DNA of 64,000 nucleotides. It comes from an uncultured Actinomycetes bacterium (GTDB taxonomy: Bacteria > Actinomycetota > Actinomycetes > S36-B12 > CAIYMF01). The notes beneath the pieces were generated by a model, which was given only the letters and a program-made list of their open reading frames with translations, did no database searches and was not told the origin of the DNA. Each line of letters starts with the position of its first letter. Positions within the stretch are counted from its first letter, which is position 1. The stretch is taken from the NCBI GenBank assembly GCA_963738455.1, contig CAVTWM010000002.1:2815-66814 (forward strand). Reading direction: 5' to 3'. Position numbers and translations under genes: made by a program. Below are positions 33,324-42,249 of the stretch, piece by piece.

Positions 33324-34090
33324 CCGTCACCTACGACCTCACCGGGAAGGTCGCCGTCGTCACCGGTGCCACCGGTGGCATGGGCCGCGCGATCACGCTC
33401 GCGCTGGCCGACGCCGGGGCGAACGTCGTGGCCAGCGACATCAACGACGCGGCCGGGTCCTCGCTCGTGGACAGCACCGCCGACCTGTCCGGCGAGGTGC
33501 GCTTCGTGCGCACCGACATCGCGGTGTCCGACGACGTCGCCGCCCTCGTCGCCGCGGCGACCGACGGGTTCGGTGGCCTGCACATCGCCGTGAACGCCGC
33601 CGCGATCGAGTTCGAGACGGTCCCGCTGCACGAGACGGGTGACGAGGAGTACGACCGCATGATGGCCGTGAACTCCCGCGGCCTGTTCCTCTGCCTCAAG
33701 CACGAGATCGCGGCGATGCTCGCCGGCGGTGGCGGCTCGATCGTGAACATCGCGTCGACCAACTCGTTCCGACCGCAGCACAACCAGCCGGCGTACACCG
33801 CCAGCAAGTTCGCGGCGCTCGGCCTCACCCGGAGCGCGGCGATGGACTACGGCTCGCGGGGCGTGCGGGTCAACGCGATCTGCCCCGGCGCGATCGACAC
33901 CCCGATGCTGCGCGGCGCGATCGAGCGCCGCGGCCGCGACGCCGCCGAGGTGGCCGGCCGGCTCAGCCCGCTGGGCCGTTTCGGCACGTCGGAGGAGATC
34001 GCGCGAGCCACGCTGTGGCTCTGCTCGGACGCGTCGTCGTTCACCAACGGCCACGCGCTCGCCGTCGACGGCGGCATGCTCGCCACCTGA
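33320..34090 (+). CDS. SDR family oxidoreductase
   Basis: TGATGGMG, YTASK and VRVNAICPG; ATGA overlap with the upstream gene. Confidence 0.93.
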   Translation: MTVTYDLTGKVAVVTGATGGMGRAITLALADAGANVVASDINDAAGSSLVDSTADLSGEVRFVRTDIAVSDDVAALVAAATDGFGGLHIAVNAAAIEFETVPLHETGDEEYDRMMAVNSRGLFLCLKHEIAAMLAGGGGSIVNIASTNSFRPQHNQPAYTASKFAALGLTRSAAMDYGSRGVRVNAICPGAIDTPMLRGAIERRGRDAAEVAGRLSPLGRFGTSEEIARATLWLCSDASSFTNGHALAVDGGMLAT

Positions 34091-34100
34091 CCCCACCTCG

Positions 34101-34164
34101 GCGAGTAACAGTCCAGATGCACGCAAACTGGGCTCGTTTCACGTGCATCTGGACTGTTACTCGC
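34101..34164. repeat. REP/MITE-like palindrome, family A copy 1
   Basis: Perfect 23-bp arms GCGAGTAACAGTCCAGATGCACG / CGTGCATCTGGACTGTTACTCGC around an 18-nt spacer. Confidence 0.9.
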
Positions 34165-34209
34165 GGGCTCACTGGGGGTTCCGGGGCTGCCCTCGCCTGC
34201 GCGCGAGCG

Positions 34210-35100
34210 TCAGGACGAGCGGCGTCGCTTGCGCGGGGGCGCCTGGCACCGTGGGCACCAGTACAGCCGTCGGCCGTGGAAGTCCTGCGGCCGCGACGGT
34301 CGAGCCGCAGCGCAGGCAGGCCCGTCCTTCCCGACCGTAGACGTAGACGCCGGTGCTGCGCCGCGCCGCGCGCCGCGCGACCGTGTCCTCGCCACCGTCG
34401 AGCTCGGGCGAGTCGGGTGCGGGGCGGTCGGCATCGAGCTCCGCCATCGCCTCGTGGTCGTCGGGGTCGAGCGTGACGATGCGACCTCGGCGTACGCCGT
34501 CGCGCATGAGCCGGACGAGGTCGTCCCACATCGCGTCCACCTGCGCCGGCCGCACGTCGCGACCCTCGGTGAACGGCGACACTCCCTGCCGGAACAGCAC
34601 CTCGGCGCGGTAGACGTTGCCGACACCGGAGAGCACGGACTGGTCCATGAGCATCGCGCCGATCGGCGCGCGGCTCCCGCGATGCGACGCCGCATCCGGT
34701 CGACGTCGGCGTCGCGGCGCAATGGATCGGGACCGAGCCGCGCGACGATCGCGTCGCGACCCTCGAGGCCGACGAGGTCGCACGCGGTCGGTGCGCGCAG
34801 GTCGGCGAACCACTTCTCCCCCACGATGCGCAGGCGCACCGCACCCCACGGCTCGGGTGCAGGGGCCTTGCTGCGCACCATCGAGCCGTAGAGGCCGAGG
34901 TGGACGTGCACCACCTCGTCGCCCTCGAAGGCGACGAACAGGTGCTTGCCCCAGGCCTCTCCCCGCTCGAGCACCCGGCCGTCCAGCAGCGCGGCGCCGA
35001 GCTCGAACCGGCCCTGCGGGCTCGACGTCCGGACCTGCTGCCCGCCGAAGGAGCGCGTCACCGAGCGGGCGAGCCGGTGCAGGCTGTGGCCCTCGGGCAA
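34210..35100 (-). CDS. nei: Fpg/Nei family DNA glycosylase, frameshifted
   Basis: TTG-PEGHSLHRLA start, GKHLF, HLGLYG, LGPDPL, MDQSVLSGVGNVYRAE and zinc finger CLRC...WCPRCQ. Confidence 0.92.
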   Translation of the reverse strand: MPEGHSLHRLARSVTRSFGGQQVRTSSPQGRFELGAALLDGRVLERGEAWGKHLFVAFEGDEVVHVHLGLYGSMVRSKAPAPEPWGAVRLRIVGEKWFADLRAPTACDLVGLEGRDAIVARLGPDPLRRDADVDRMRRRIAGAARRSARCSWTSPCSPVSATSTAPRCCSGRECRRSPRVATCGRRRWTRCGTTSSGSCATAYAEVASSRSTPTTTRRWRSSMPTAPHPTRPSSTVARTRSRGARRGAAPASTSTVGKDGPACAAARPSRPQDFHGRRLYWCPRCQAPPRKRRRSS

Positions 35101-35301
35101 CGTCGAACCTCCACCTCGTCGCGGCGATCGCGCGTCCGACCGCTTCCGCGATCCTGCCGGACGCGGGCGCTTCCCGGCACTCGCGCGCAGCTGGCGGCGC
35201 GCCGTCAGGTCGCGGCTCACGTCGCACATCACGGCCGCGGTGGCGCGCCGTCGCGTCAGCGGCACTCGCACGTCGTGGCTCGGGCGGCGTACCGTCGGCG
35301 C

Positions 35302-35500
35302 GTGGCCAAGCCCCAGCGTCGGACCCGACGACGACCACCCGGACGACCGGGCGCTCGACCGGCTCGCCGACCGCGGTCCATCGCGGGTGGGAGTCGACGG
35401 CGCGCTGCGCGCCCGCGACGTCTCGCGCCCCGGCCCTGCCCACGTCGCCCGCGCCGAGCGCACCGTGACGATCCGCAAGGGCACCCCGATCGCCCCCTGA
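35302..35500 (+). CDS. Small hypothetical protein; start uncertain, probable indel near the 5' end
   Basis: GPSRVGVDGALRARDVSRP...AERTVTIRKG reads like a conserved small actinobacterial protein, with GC3-rich codons. Confidence 0.5.
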
Positions 35501-35513
35501 CCCCGGCCCTCTC

Positions 35514-35579
35514 CGCGAGTAACAGTCCAGATGCACGCAAACTCAGGCAACTTTGCGTGTATCTGGACTGTTACTCGCG
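35514..35579. repeat. REP/MITE-like palindrome, family A copy 2
   Basis: CGCGAGTAACAGTCCAGATGCACGCAAA...TTTGCGTGTATCTGGACTGTTACTCGCG; the one mismatch is G.T. Confidence 0.9.
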
Positions 35580-35598
35580 CTCCGGTAGGCGGCCGTGA

Positions 35599-36054
35599 TC
35601 AGAAGGAGCCGGTGGCCTCGAAGGTCGCGAGCATCTCGATCCGGCGGATGTGGCGCGGATCGTTGCTGAACGGCGTCGCCACGAACGCGTCGACGATGGC
35701 CAGCGCGGTGGCCTCGTCGTGCTGGCGGGCGCCGAGCCCGATGACGTTGGCGTCGTTGTGCTCGCGGGAGAGCTGGGCGGTCGCGACCGACCAGGCCAGC
35801 GCCGCGCGGACACCGCGCACCTTGTTCGCCGCGATCTGCTCGCCGTTGCCCGAGCCGCCGATCACCACGCCGAGGCTGCCCTCGTCGGCGACGACCGCCT
35901 GGGCGGCTGCGACGCAGAACGGCGGGTAGTCGTCGATGGCGTCGTACTCGAGGGCGCCGTGGTCGACCACCTCGTGGCCGGACGCCCTCAGGTGCTCGGT
36001 GAGCACCGCCTTGAACTCGAACCCGGCATGGTCGCTCCCCAGATGCACGCGCAT
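35599..36054 (-). CDS. rpiB: Ribose-5-phosphate isomerase B
   Basis: MRVHLGSDHAG, DDYP, GGSGNGEQIAANKV, HNDAN and RHIRRI. Confidence 0.96.
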   Translation of the reverse strand: MRVHLGSDHAGFEFKAVLTEHLRASGHEVVDHGALEYDAIDDYPPFCVAAAQAVVADEGSLGVVIGGSGNGEQIAANKVRGVRAALAWSVATAQLSREHNDANVIGLGARQHDEATALAIVDAFVATPFSNDPRHIRRIEMLATFEATGSF

Positions 36055-36120
36055 GCCCCGATCGTGCCAGCCCCCGCTCGCCCACGTCCCGCCACCCCGG
36101 CCGTCCCCGGGTCCCGTCAC

Positions 36121-36180
36121 GAGTAACAGTCCAGATGCACGTGAACCGGGCCCTGTTTGCGTGCATCTGGGCTGTTACTC
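36121..36180. repeat. REP/MITE-like palindrome, family A copy 3 (opposite orientation)
   Basis: GAGTAACAGTCCAGATGCACG...CGTGCATCTGGGCTGTTACTC; its spacer is close to the reverse complement of the copy 1 spacer. Confidence 0.9.
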
Positions 36181-36369
36181 ACGGAGCAGCGAGGGGGCTG
36201 GGCGGGAAGGTGTCCTGGGGGTGCGTCCGCGCGGGCGATGATCCGCGGCGCATCGCGTCACGCGTGCGAGGATGTACGCATCGGGACGATGGCGGGAGCA
36301 GTGGCTCCTCGGCGTCGTCCCTCGGGCGGCGCGGGTGCGCCGACGACGACCACGAAGGAGTCTCGCGCT

Positions 36370-38928
36370 GTGACGGCGACGAACATCACGCGTGCGGAAG
36401 CGATGGAGCGGTCCGCGGCGATCTCGGTCCAGGGGTACGACGTCCACGTCGACCTCTCCGACGCCCGGTCCACCGACGCCGGCACGTTCCCCAGCTCCAC
36501 GACCGTGCGGTTCACCGCGGTGCCCGGCACCTCGACCTGGATCGACCTCGTCGCGCCGACCCTGCGCAGCGCCGTCCTCAACGGCGTCGAGCTCGACCTC
36601 GCCACCTTCACGGGCACCCGGCTCCCGCTCGCCGGGCTCGCGGCGGAGAACGTCCTCGTCGTCGAGGCCGACTGCTCCTACATGCGCTCCGGCGAGGGGC
36701 TGCACCGCTTCCACGACCCCGTCGACGACGCCGTCTACCTCTACTCCCAGTTCGAGGTCGCCGACGCCCGTCGGGTCTACGCCTGCTTCGACCAGCCCGA
36801 CCTCAAGGCGTCGTTCACCTTCTCGGTCACGGCGCCGCGCTACTGGCAGGTCGTGTCCAACCAGCCGAGCCCCGAGCCCATCGCGACGGACGGCGACCTC
36901 GCGCGCTGGGACTTCGAGCCCACGCCGCGCATCTCCACCTACATCACCGCGATCGTCGCCGGCCCGTACCACGTCGTCACCGACGAGTACGTCGGCCCGC
37001 ACGGCGCCTACCCGCTCGGCGTGTTCTGCCGCGCGAGCCTCGCGCAGTACCTCGACGCGGACGAGGTCTTCACCGTCACCAAGCAGGGGTTCGAGTTCTT
37101 CGAGTCGCGCTTCGCGACGCCGTACCCGTTCGCCAAGTACGACCAGCTCTTCGTGCCGGAGTTCAACGCCGGTGCGATGGAGAACGCTGCGCTGCGTCAC
37201 GATCCTCGAGGACTACGTCTTCCGCTCGCGCGTCACCGACCACGCCTACGAGCAGCGCGCCAACACCGTCCTCCACGAGCTCGCGCACATGTGGTTCGGC
37301 GACCTCGTCACGATGACGTGGTGGGACGACCTCTGGCTCAACGAGTCGTTCGCCGAGTGGGCCGCGCACTACGCCAACGTCAGCGCCACGCGCTACCACG
37401 ACGCGTGGACGACGTTCCTCATCCAGCGCAAGGGCTGGGCCTATCGACAGACCCAGCTGTCCTCCACGCACCCCATCGCGGCCGACATGGTCGACCTCGA
37501 GGCGGTCGAGGTGAACTTCGACGGCATCACCTACGCGCAGGGCGCCTCCGCGCTGCGCCAGCTCGTCGCCTGGGTCGGGGAGAAGGAGTTCCTGCAGGGC
37601 ATCACCGCCTACTTCGCCCGGCACTCGTGGGGCAACACCACGCTCGCCGACCTCCTCGCCGAGCTCGAGCGGTCGAGCGGCCGCGACCTCTCCGGCTGGA
37701 CGTCGGCCTGGCTCGAGACCTCCGGCGTGAACCTGCTGCGCACCGAGTTCGAGCTCGACGCGGCCGGCGCCTACTCCTCCGTCACCATCGTGCAGGAGCC
37801 GCCGTCGTCACCGCCCGGCATCGCCGAGATGCTGCGACCGCACCGCATCGCGGTCGGCCTGTACGACACCGACCGAGACCGGTCTCGAGCGGGTCCGGCG
37901 CATCGAGATCGACGTCGTCGGCGCTCGCACGGACGTGCCCGAGCTGGTCGGCGTCGCGCAGCCGGACCTGCTGCTGCTCAACGACGAGGACCTCACCTAC
38001 GCGAAGATCCGGCTCGACGAGCGCTCGCTGCGCACCGCGATCGAGTCCTTCGCCACCCTGTCCGACCCGCTCTCGCGCGGCCTCATCTGGGCCGCGGCCT
38101 GGGACATGCTGCGCGACGCCGAGATGCCCACCCGCGACTTCCTCGCCCTCGTGGAGTCGGGGTTGCCGGCCGAGTCCGACATCGGCGTCGTCACGACCCT
38201 GCTCGTGCAGGCGAAGTCCGCGATCGAGCTGTTCTCCGGCCCGGGCCGCCGCGACGGCTACCGCGACCGGCTCGCCGCGCTCGCGCTGCAGATGCTCGGC
38301 GACGCGGAGCCGGGCAGCGACCACCAGCTCGCGTTCGCCCGTGCCTACGCCAACGCGTCGCGTACGCCGGACCATGCGGTCCTGCTCCGCTCGTGGCTCA
38401 ACGGCGACTCGCCCGAGGGGCTCGCCGTCGACACCGACCTGCGCTGGGGCCTGCTCCAGAAGCTCGTGTCGCTCGGCGCTGCCGACCCCGCCGAGATCGA
38501 GCGCGAGCTTGCCGGTGACGACACCGCGACCGGTCGCCGGCAGGCCGCCACCGCCCGCGCCGCCGATCCCCACCCTCGAGGCGAAGGAGGCCGCGTTCGC
38601 CGCAGCCGTCGAGTCCGACGAGCTGCCCAACGCGCTGCTCACGGCCACGCTCGCCGGCTTCGTGAACGCCGACCAGCGCGAGCTGCAGCGCGCGTTCGTC
38701 GACCGCTACTTCGCCGCGATCCCGGACGTGTGGACCTCGCGGACCAACGAGACCGCGCAGACGATCGTGCTCGGGCTCTACCCGGCCCAGCTCGTCGAGC
38801 AGGGCACCCTCGACCGCACCGACGAGTTCCTCGCCCGCGACGACGTCCCCGCGGGTGCGCGCCGTCTCGTTCGGGAGGGCCGCGACGGCGTCGAGCGGTC
38901 ACTGCGCGCCCAGCTCCGGGACTCCTGA
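36370..38928 (+). CDS. pepN: Aminopeptidase N, frameshifted
   Basis: NITRAEA, GEGLHRF, CFDQPDLKA, FNAGAMEN, HELAHMWFG...LWLNESFAE and NFDGITY; AAGGAG RBS. Confidence 0.96.
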   Translation: MTATNITRAEAMERSAAISVQGYDVHVDLSDARSTDAGTFPSSTTVRFTAVPGTSTWIDLVAPTLRSAVLNGVELDLATFTGTRLPLAGLAAENVLVVEADCSYMRSGEGLHRFHDPVDDAVYLYSQFEVADARRVYACFDQPDLKASFTFSVTAPRYWQVVSNQPSPEPIATDGDLARWDFEPTPRISTYITAIVAGPYHVVTDEYVGPHGAYPLGVFCRASLAQYLDADEVFTVTKQGFEFFESRFATPYPFAKYDQLFVPEFNAGAMENAALRHDPRGLRLPLARHRPRLRAARQHRPPRARAHVVRRPRHDDVVGRPLAQRVVRRVGRALRQRQRHALPRRVDDVPHPAQGLGLSTDPAVLHAPHRGRHGRPRGGRGELRRHHLRAGRLRAAPARRLGRGEGVPAGHHRLLRPALVGQHHARRPPRRARAVERPRPLRLDVGLARDLRREPAAHRVRARRGRRLLLRHHRAGAAVVTARHRRDAATAPHRGRPVRHRPRPVSSGSGASRSTSSALARTCPSWSASRSRTCCCSTTRTSPTRRSGSTSARCAPRSSPSPPCPTRSRAASSGPRPGTCCATPRCPPATSSPSWSRGCRPSPTSASSRPCSCRRSPRSSCSPARAAATATATGSPRSRCRCSATRSRAATTSSRSPVPTPTRRVRRTMRSCSARGSTATRPRGSPSTPTCAGACSRSSCRSALPTPPRSSASLPVTTPRPVAGRPPPPAPPIPTLEAKEAAFAAAVESDELPNALLTATLAGFVNADQRELQRAFVDRYFAAIPDVWTSRTNETAQTIVLGLYPAQLVEQGTLDRTDEFLARDDVPAGARRLVREGRDGVERSLRAQLRDS

Positions 38929-38948
38929 CCCGCCCGCCGCACGCACGT

Positions 38949-38976
38949 CGGACGTCGGCCTCCCGGCCGACGTCCG
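38949..38976 (+). terminator. Hairpin after pepN
   Basis: CGGACGTCGGCC-TCCC-GGCCGACGTCCG, a 12-bp perfect stem. Confidence 0.55.
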
Positions 38977-38989
38977 CTGCGCAGCAGCG

Positions 38990-39051
38990 CGAGTTACTGC
39001 CCGAAACCCCTGTTTCGAGGCCCTGAAACCGGGGTTTCGGGCAGTTACTCG
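38990..39051. repeat. REP/MITE-like palindrome, family B
   Basis: CGAGTTACTGCCCGAAACCCC...GGGGTTTCGGGCAGTTACTCG; similar size and CGAGT(A/T)AC ends to family A but a different core. Confidence 0.8.
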
Positions 39052-39083
39052 AGCTGGAGCAGGGCGACGGCCGAGGCGGCGCG

Positions 39084-39470
39084 TCAGAAGGTCGAGATGT
39101 GACGCGTGAGCGGCACGCGCGCGTGATCGGACAGCACCTGGAGTCCGTTGCGGATGCCGCCGACGAGGTCGCCGGCCGCGAACGACGAGGTCATCGCGAG
39201 CCCGGCGAGCGCGCACGTGCGCTCGTCGAGCACGAGGGCGGCCCGTCGGCCGGTCACGATCTCGAGACCGCGGTTCACCGGGTCGACGGCCACCAGCACG
39301 GAGTCCGCGGGATCCGCCCCGGCGGCGAGCAGGCGCTCGGCAGCCGCGCGTCCCCCCTCCAGGACCCCGACATACAGCAGGAAGGACAGGCCCGACGACG
39401 CCTCGGCCGAGGCGAGGGAGCGCTCGAGCCCGGCACGCTGCTCCGGCGAGAAGCCGTCACCAGCGCGCAC
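39084..39470 (-). CDS. DUF5130 / TPM-like protein
   Basis: VLVAVDP..RGLEIVTG, MTSSFAAGDLVGG; convergent with pepN as in the usual actinobacterial gene order. Confidence 0.85.
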   Translation of the reverse strand: MRAGDGFSPEQRAGLERSLASAEASSGLSFLLYVGVLEGGRAAAERLLAAGADPADSVLVAVDPVNRGLEIVTGRRAALVLDERTCALAGLAMTSSFAAGDLVGGIRNGLQVLSDHARVPLTRHISTF

Positions 39471-39867
39471 TCGTGCCTCCGCTCGAGTCGTTCGACGCGT
39501 CGTCGCCGTCGGCGTCGGCCACCTCGAGGTCGGACACGTCGACAGCAGCCACACCGACAGCGGCCGGCTCAGCCGTGGCGTCGCCCATGGGGGCGGCGGA
39601 ACCGAGCATGAGCGGGTCGCCGGTCCAGGCGTCGGTCGCGTCGGCCCGGCCACCGCGGGTCCAGCTCGGGGCGGACACGAGGACCCACACGACCGCGGCG
39701 AACAGCAGCGGGATGCCCGCGAAGATCAGCAGGGCCGTGCCCGCGGACATCGGCGCGCCGAGCTGCTCACCGTCGTCGGCGTACGCCGGTGCGGCGAGCG
39801 CCGTCGTCGCGACCACGGTGGTCGCCACGATCGCGGCGGCACGGACGAAGCGCGGGTTCACGGCCAT
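39457..39867 (-). CDS. Membrane protein, CtaJ-like, with an N-terminal signal peptide
   Basis: Signal peptide ending PAYA, TM helix LLIFAGIPLLF, then WTGDPL; located upstream of DUF5130. Confidence 0.6.
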   Translation of the reverse strand: MAVNPRFVRAAAIVATTVVATTALAAPAYADDGEQLGAPMSAGTALLIFAGIPLLFAAVVWVLVSAPSWTRGGRADATDAWTGDPLMLGSAAPMGDATAEPAAVGVAAVDVSDLEVADADGDDASNDSSGGTSARW

Positions 39868-39914
39868 GCCCGCGATCCTAAGCCCCGCGACCGGGACGGC
39901 CCTCCCGCCGAGGA

Positions 39915-40015
39915 TCACCGGGCGACGGTGGCGACCAGCCGTGCGAGCAGCCGGACGGCTCCCCCGCTGCGGGTCACCGGGCGACGGTGGCGACCAGCCG
40001 CGCGAGCAGCGGGAC
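39915..40015. repeat. 42-bp direct duplication of the malQ 3' end
   Basis: TCACCGGGCGACGGTGGCGACCAGCCG(T/C)GCGAGCAGC(C/G)GGAC at 39915-39956 and 39974-40015. Confidence 0.85.
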
Positions 40016-42094
40016 CGCGCCGAGGTCCTCGACCAGGACCGGCTTGCCGTCGCCGTCGCACAGCGGCACCCGCCAGTTGGGGTACTCCTGGTCGGTCCCG
40101 GGCTGGTTCTGCGCCCGACGATCGCCCACGGCGTCCGCCAGCGAGATCGCGAGCAGCCGCGACGGCGACTGCGCGAGGTAGCGGTGCAGCCCCTCGACGA
40201 CGGCGTCGGTGTCGGCGTCCTCGCCGATCAGGCCACGCTCGCGCAGCGCGTGCAGCCAGGCGGCGAGGTCGCGCTCGTGGTTCGCGAGCTCCTCGTCGTA
40301 GGTCGTCGCGAGCAGGCCGAGCTCGTCGCGCAGCCGCACGTGCTCACCGTCGAGGTAGCCGGCGGTGGGCGGGAGGTCGTGCGTCGTGACGCTCGCGAGC
40401 GTGAGCTCGCGCCACTGCTCCGGCGCCAGCGGGAGGTCCGCGTCGTCCTTCTCGAACCAGAGGATCGAGGTGCCGAGGACGCCGCGGTCGCGCAGCGTCT
40501 CCTGCACCCAGGCCTCGACCGTGCCGAGGTCCTCGCCGATGACGACGGCGCCGGCCCGCTGCGCCTCGAGGGCGAGGATGCCGACGAGGGCGTTGTGGTC
40601 GTAGCGCACGTAGGTGCCCTGGTCCGCGGGCATGCCGCGCGGGATCCACCACAGCCGGAACAGGCCGAGGACGTGGTCGATGCGGATGCCCCCGGCGTGC
40701 CGCAGCACCGTGCGCAGCATGTCGCGGTAGGGGATGAAGGCGTGCTCCGCCAAGGCATCGGGGCGCCACGGCGGCTGGGACCAGTCCTGCCCCATCTGGT
40801 TGTACATGTCCGGCGGGGCGCCCACCGCGACGTCCTTCGCGAGCACGTCGCGCAACGCCCACGCGTCGGCGCCCTCGGGATGCACCCCGACGGCGAGGTC
40901 GTGCATGACGCCGATCGCCATCCCCGCGTCGAGCGCGGCCTGCTGGGCCGCGGCGAGCTGGTCGTCGAGGACCCACTGGCACCAGCGGTGGAAGTCGACG
41001 CGGTCGCTGAGGGTCGCGCGCGCTGCCTGCGCCGCGGGGCCGTGCGGGTCGGCCAGGTCCTCCGGCCACGCCGCCGGCTCACCGAACACGTCGCCGAGCG
41101 CGCACCACAGTGCGAAGTCGTCGAGCCCGGCACCCTCGCGCAGGCAGAAGGCGTCGTACGCCGCCTGCCGGGCTTCTGTCAGAGGCACCGCCCGCACCAG
41201 GTTGAGCGCGGCACGCTTCGCGGCCCACACCGGGTCGCGCTCGAGGAGGTCGGCCGTGGTGTTGGCGCCCGAGACGGCCGAAGCGAGCGCCGCTACGCGG
41301 CCGCTGGCGGCCACGTCGAGGTCCGCGTACTCCGGGACGTCCTCGACCCGCAGGTAGATCGGGTTGGCGAACCGCCGGGTGACCGGAAGGTACGGCGAGG
41401 GCGCCATCGGCGGCACCGGCGACGCCGCGTGCAGCGGGTTGATGAGGAGGAAGTCGGCGCCGAGCTCGCGACCGCTCCAGGTGATGAGCTCGGACAGGTC
41501 GCCGACGTCGCCGAGCCCCCAGGACTTCCGCGAGCGCACCGAGTAGAGCTGCGCGGCGAAACCCCACCCGCGTCCGTCGGTCAGCGTCGGGGGCAGCTCG
41601 AGGCGGCGGGGGGTGACGACGAGAGTGGTCGACGCCGTGACGGCGTCGCCGGTCGCCGCGGTGATCTCGGCATGCAAACGGTGCCAGCCGGTGGGCAGGT
41701 CGTGCGGGAGAGCGAAGGTCGCCTCCCCGACGAGGAGCCCGTCGACCTCGACGGGCTCGACCCACCGGTCGACCTGCGCCACGTCCTCGCGGGTCGCGCC
41801 GTCCTCGAGCTGCACCCACATCCGGGCGCCGTCGCCGTGCGGGAGATGCACCCAGCACGTCGCGTCGTCGCCCTCGCGGAGCACGAACACCGGCGGCAAA
41901 GTGCGCCGCCAGTCCCGCATCTGACGAGCGGCGAGAGAGCTGCGGACCTCGTCCGGCGTCGCCGCCCGCACACCGAGGGCTTCGAGCACGGCGACGACGG
42001 TCTCGTGGGACACGGCGTGGTAGGCCCCGCCCTGGTCCCAGAACTCCGTCGCCACGCCACAGGCGGCCGCGAGCGCGGCGAGGTCGTTGTCCAC
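39974..42094 (-). CDS. malQ: 4-alpha-glucanotransferase (amylomaltase, GH77)
   Basis: QLYSVRS, SPYLP, HDLAVG, RIDHVLG, GEDLG, TTHDLP and NQPGT...YPNW. Confidence 0.97.
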   Translation of the reverse strand: MDNDLAALAAACGVATEFWDQGGAYHAVSHETVVAVLEALGVRAATPDEVRSSLAARQMRDWRRTLPPVFVLREGDDATCWVHLPHGDGARMWVQLEDGATREDVAQVDRWVEPVEVDGLLVGEATFALPHDLPTGWHRLHAEITAATGDAVTASTTLVVTPRRLELPPTLTDGRGWGFAAQLYSVRSRKSWGLGDVGDLSELITWSGRELGADFLLINPLHAASPVPPMAPSPYLPVTRRFANPIYLRVEDVPEYADLDVAASGRVAALASAVSGANTTADLLERDPVWAAKRAALNLVRAVPLTEARQAAYDAFCLREGAGLDDFALWCALGDVFGEPAAWPEDLADPHGPAAQAARATLSDRVDFHRWCQWVLDDQLAAAQQAALDAGMAIGVMHDLAVGVHPEGADAWALRDVLAKDVAVGAPPDMYNQMGQDWSQPPWRPDALAEHAFIPYRDMLRTVLRHAGGIRIDHVLGLFRLWWIPRGMPADQGTYVRYDHNALVGILALEAQRAGAVVIGEDLGTVEAWVQETLRDRGVLGTSILWFEKDDADLPLAPEQWRELTLASVTTHDLPPTAGYLDGEHVRLRDELGLLATTYDEELANHERDLAAWLHALRERGLIGEDADTDAVVEGLHRYLAQSPSRLLAISLADAVGDRRAQNQPGTDQEYPNWRVPLCDGDGKPVLVEDLGAVPLLARLVATVAR

Positions 42095-42249
42095 CCCGCC
42101 ATCTTGGAGGGTGCGGACCCCCGTTCACCACCCCGGGGGCCCACGGGATGAAAGCGCTGTCACGGCGCGGCGGTGTTCCGGGCGGCCGGGGTCACCCGTC
42201 CGCGCGTCGGACCGCTGCCTGGCACAGGGTGCCCTCCTAGGGTGGTCGC

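Noticed and set aside
31544-34090. 848-aa ORF as a KstD-SDR fusion
   Set aside because: Its N-terminal part is an off-frame shadow of the kstD-like gene; the SDR has its own AAGGAG RBS and ATG at 33320.
34101-36180. CRISPR array interpretation of the repeated sequences
   Set aside because: The units are inverted-repeat hairpins separated by whole genes, not direct repeats with 30-40 bp spacers, and there are no cas genes.
39473-42151. Long antisense ORFs (892 aa opposite malQ; also 44296-46743, 52247-54814, 31389-33290)
   Set aside because: Shadow frames produced by high GC3 of real genes on the other strand; no recognisable motifs.
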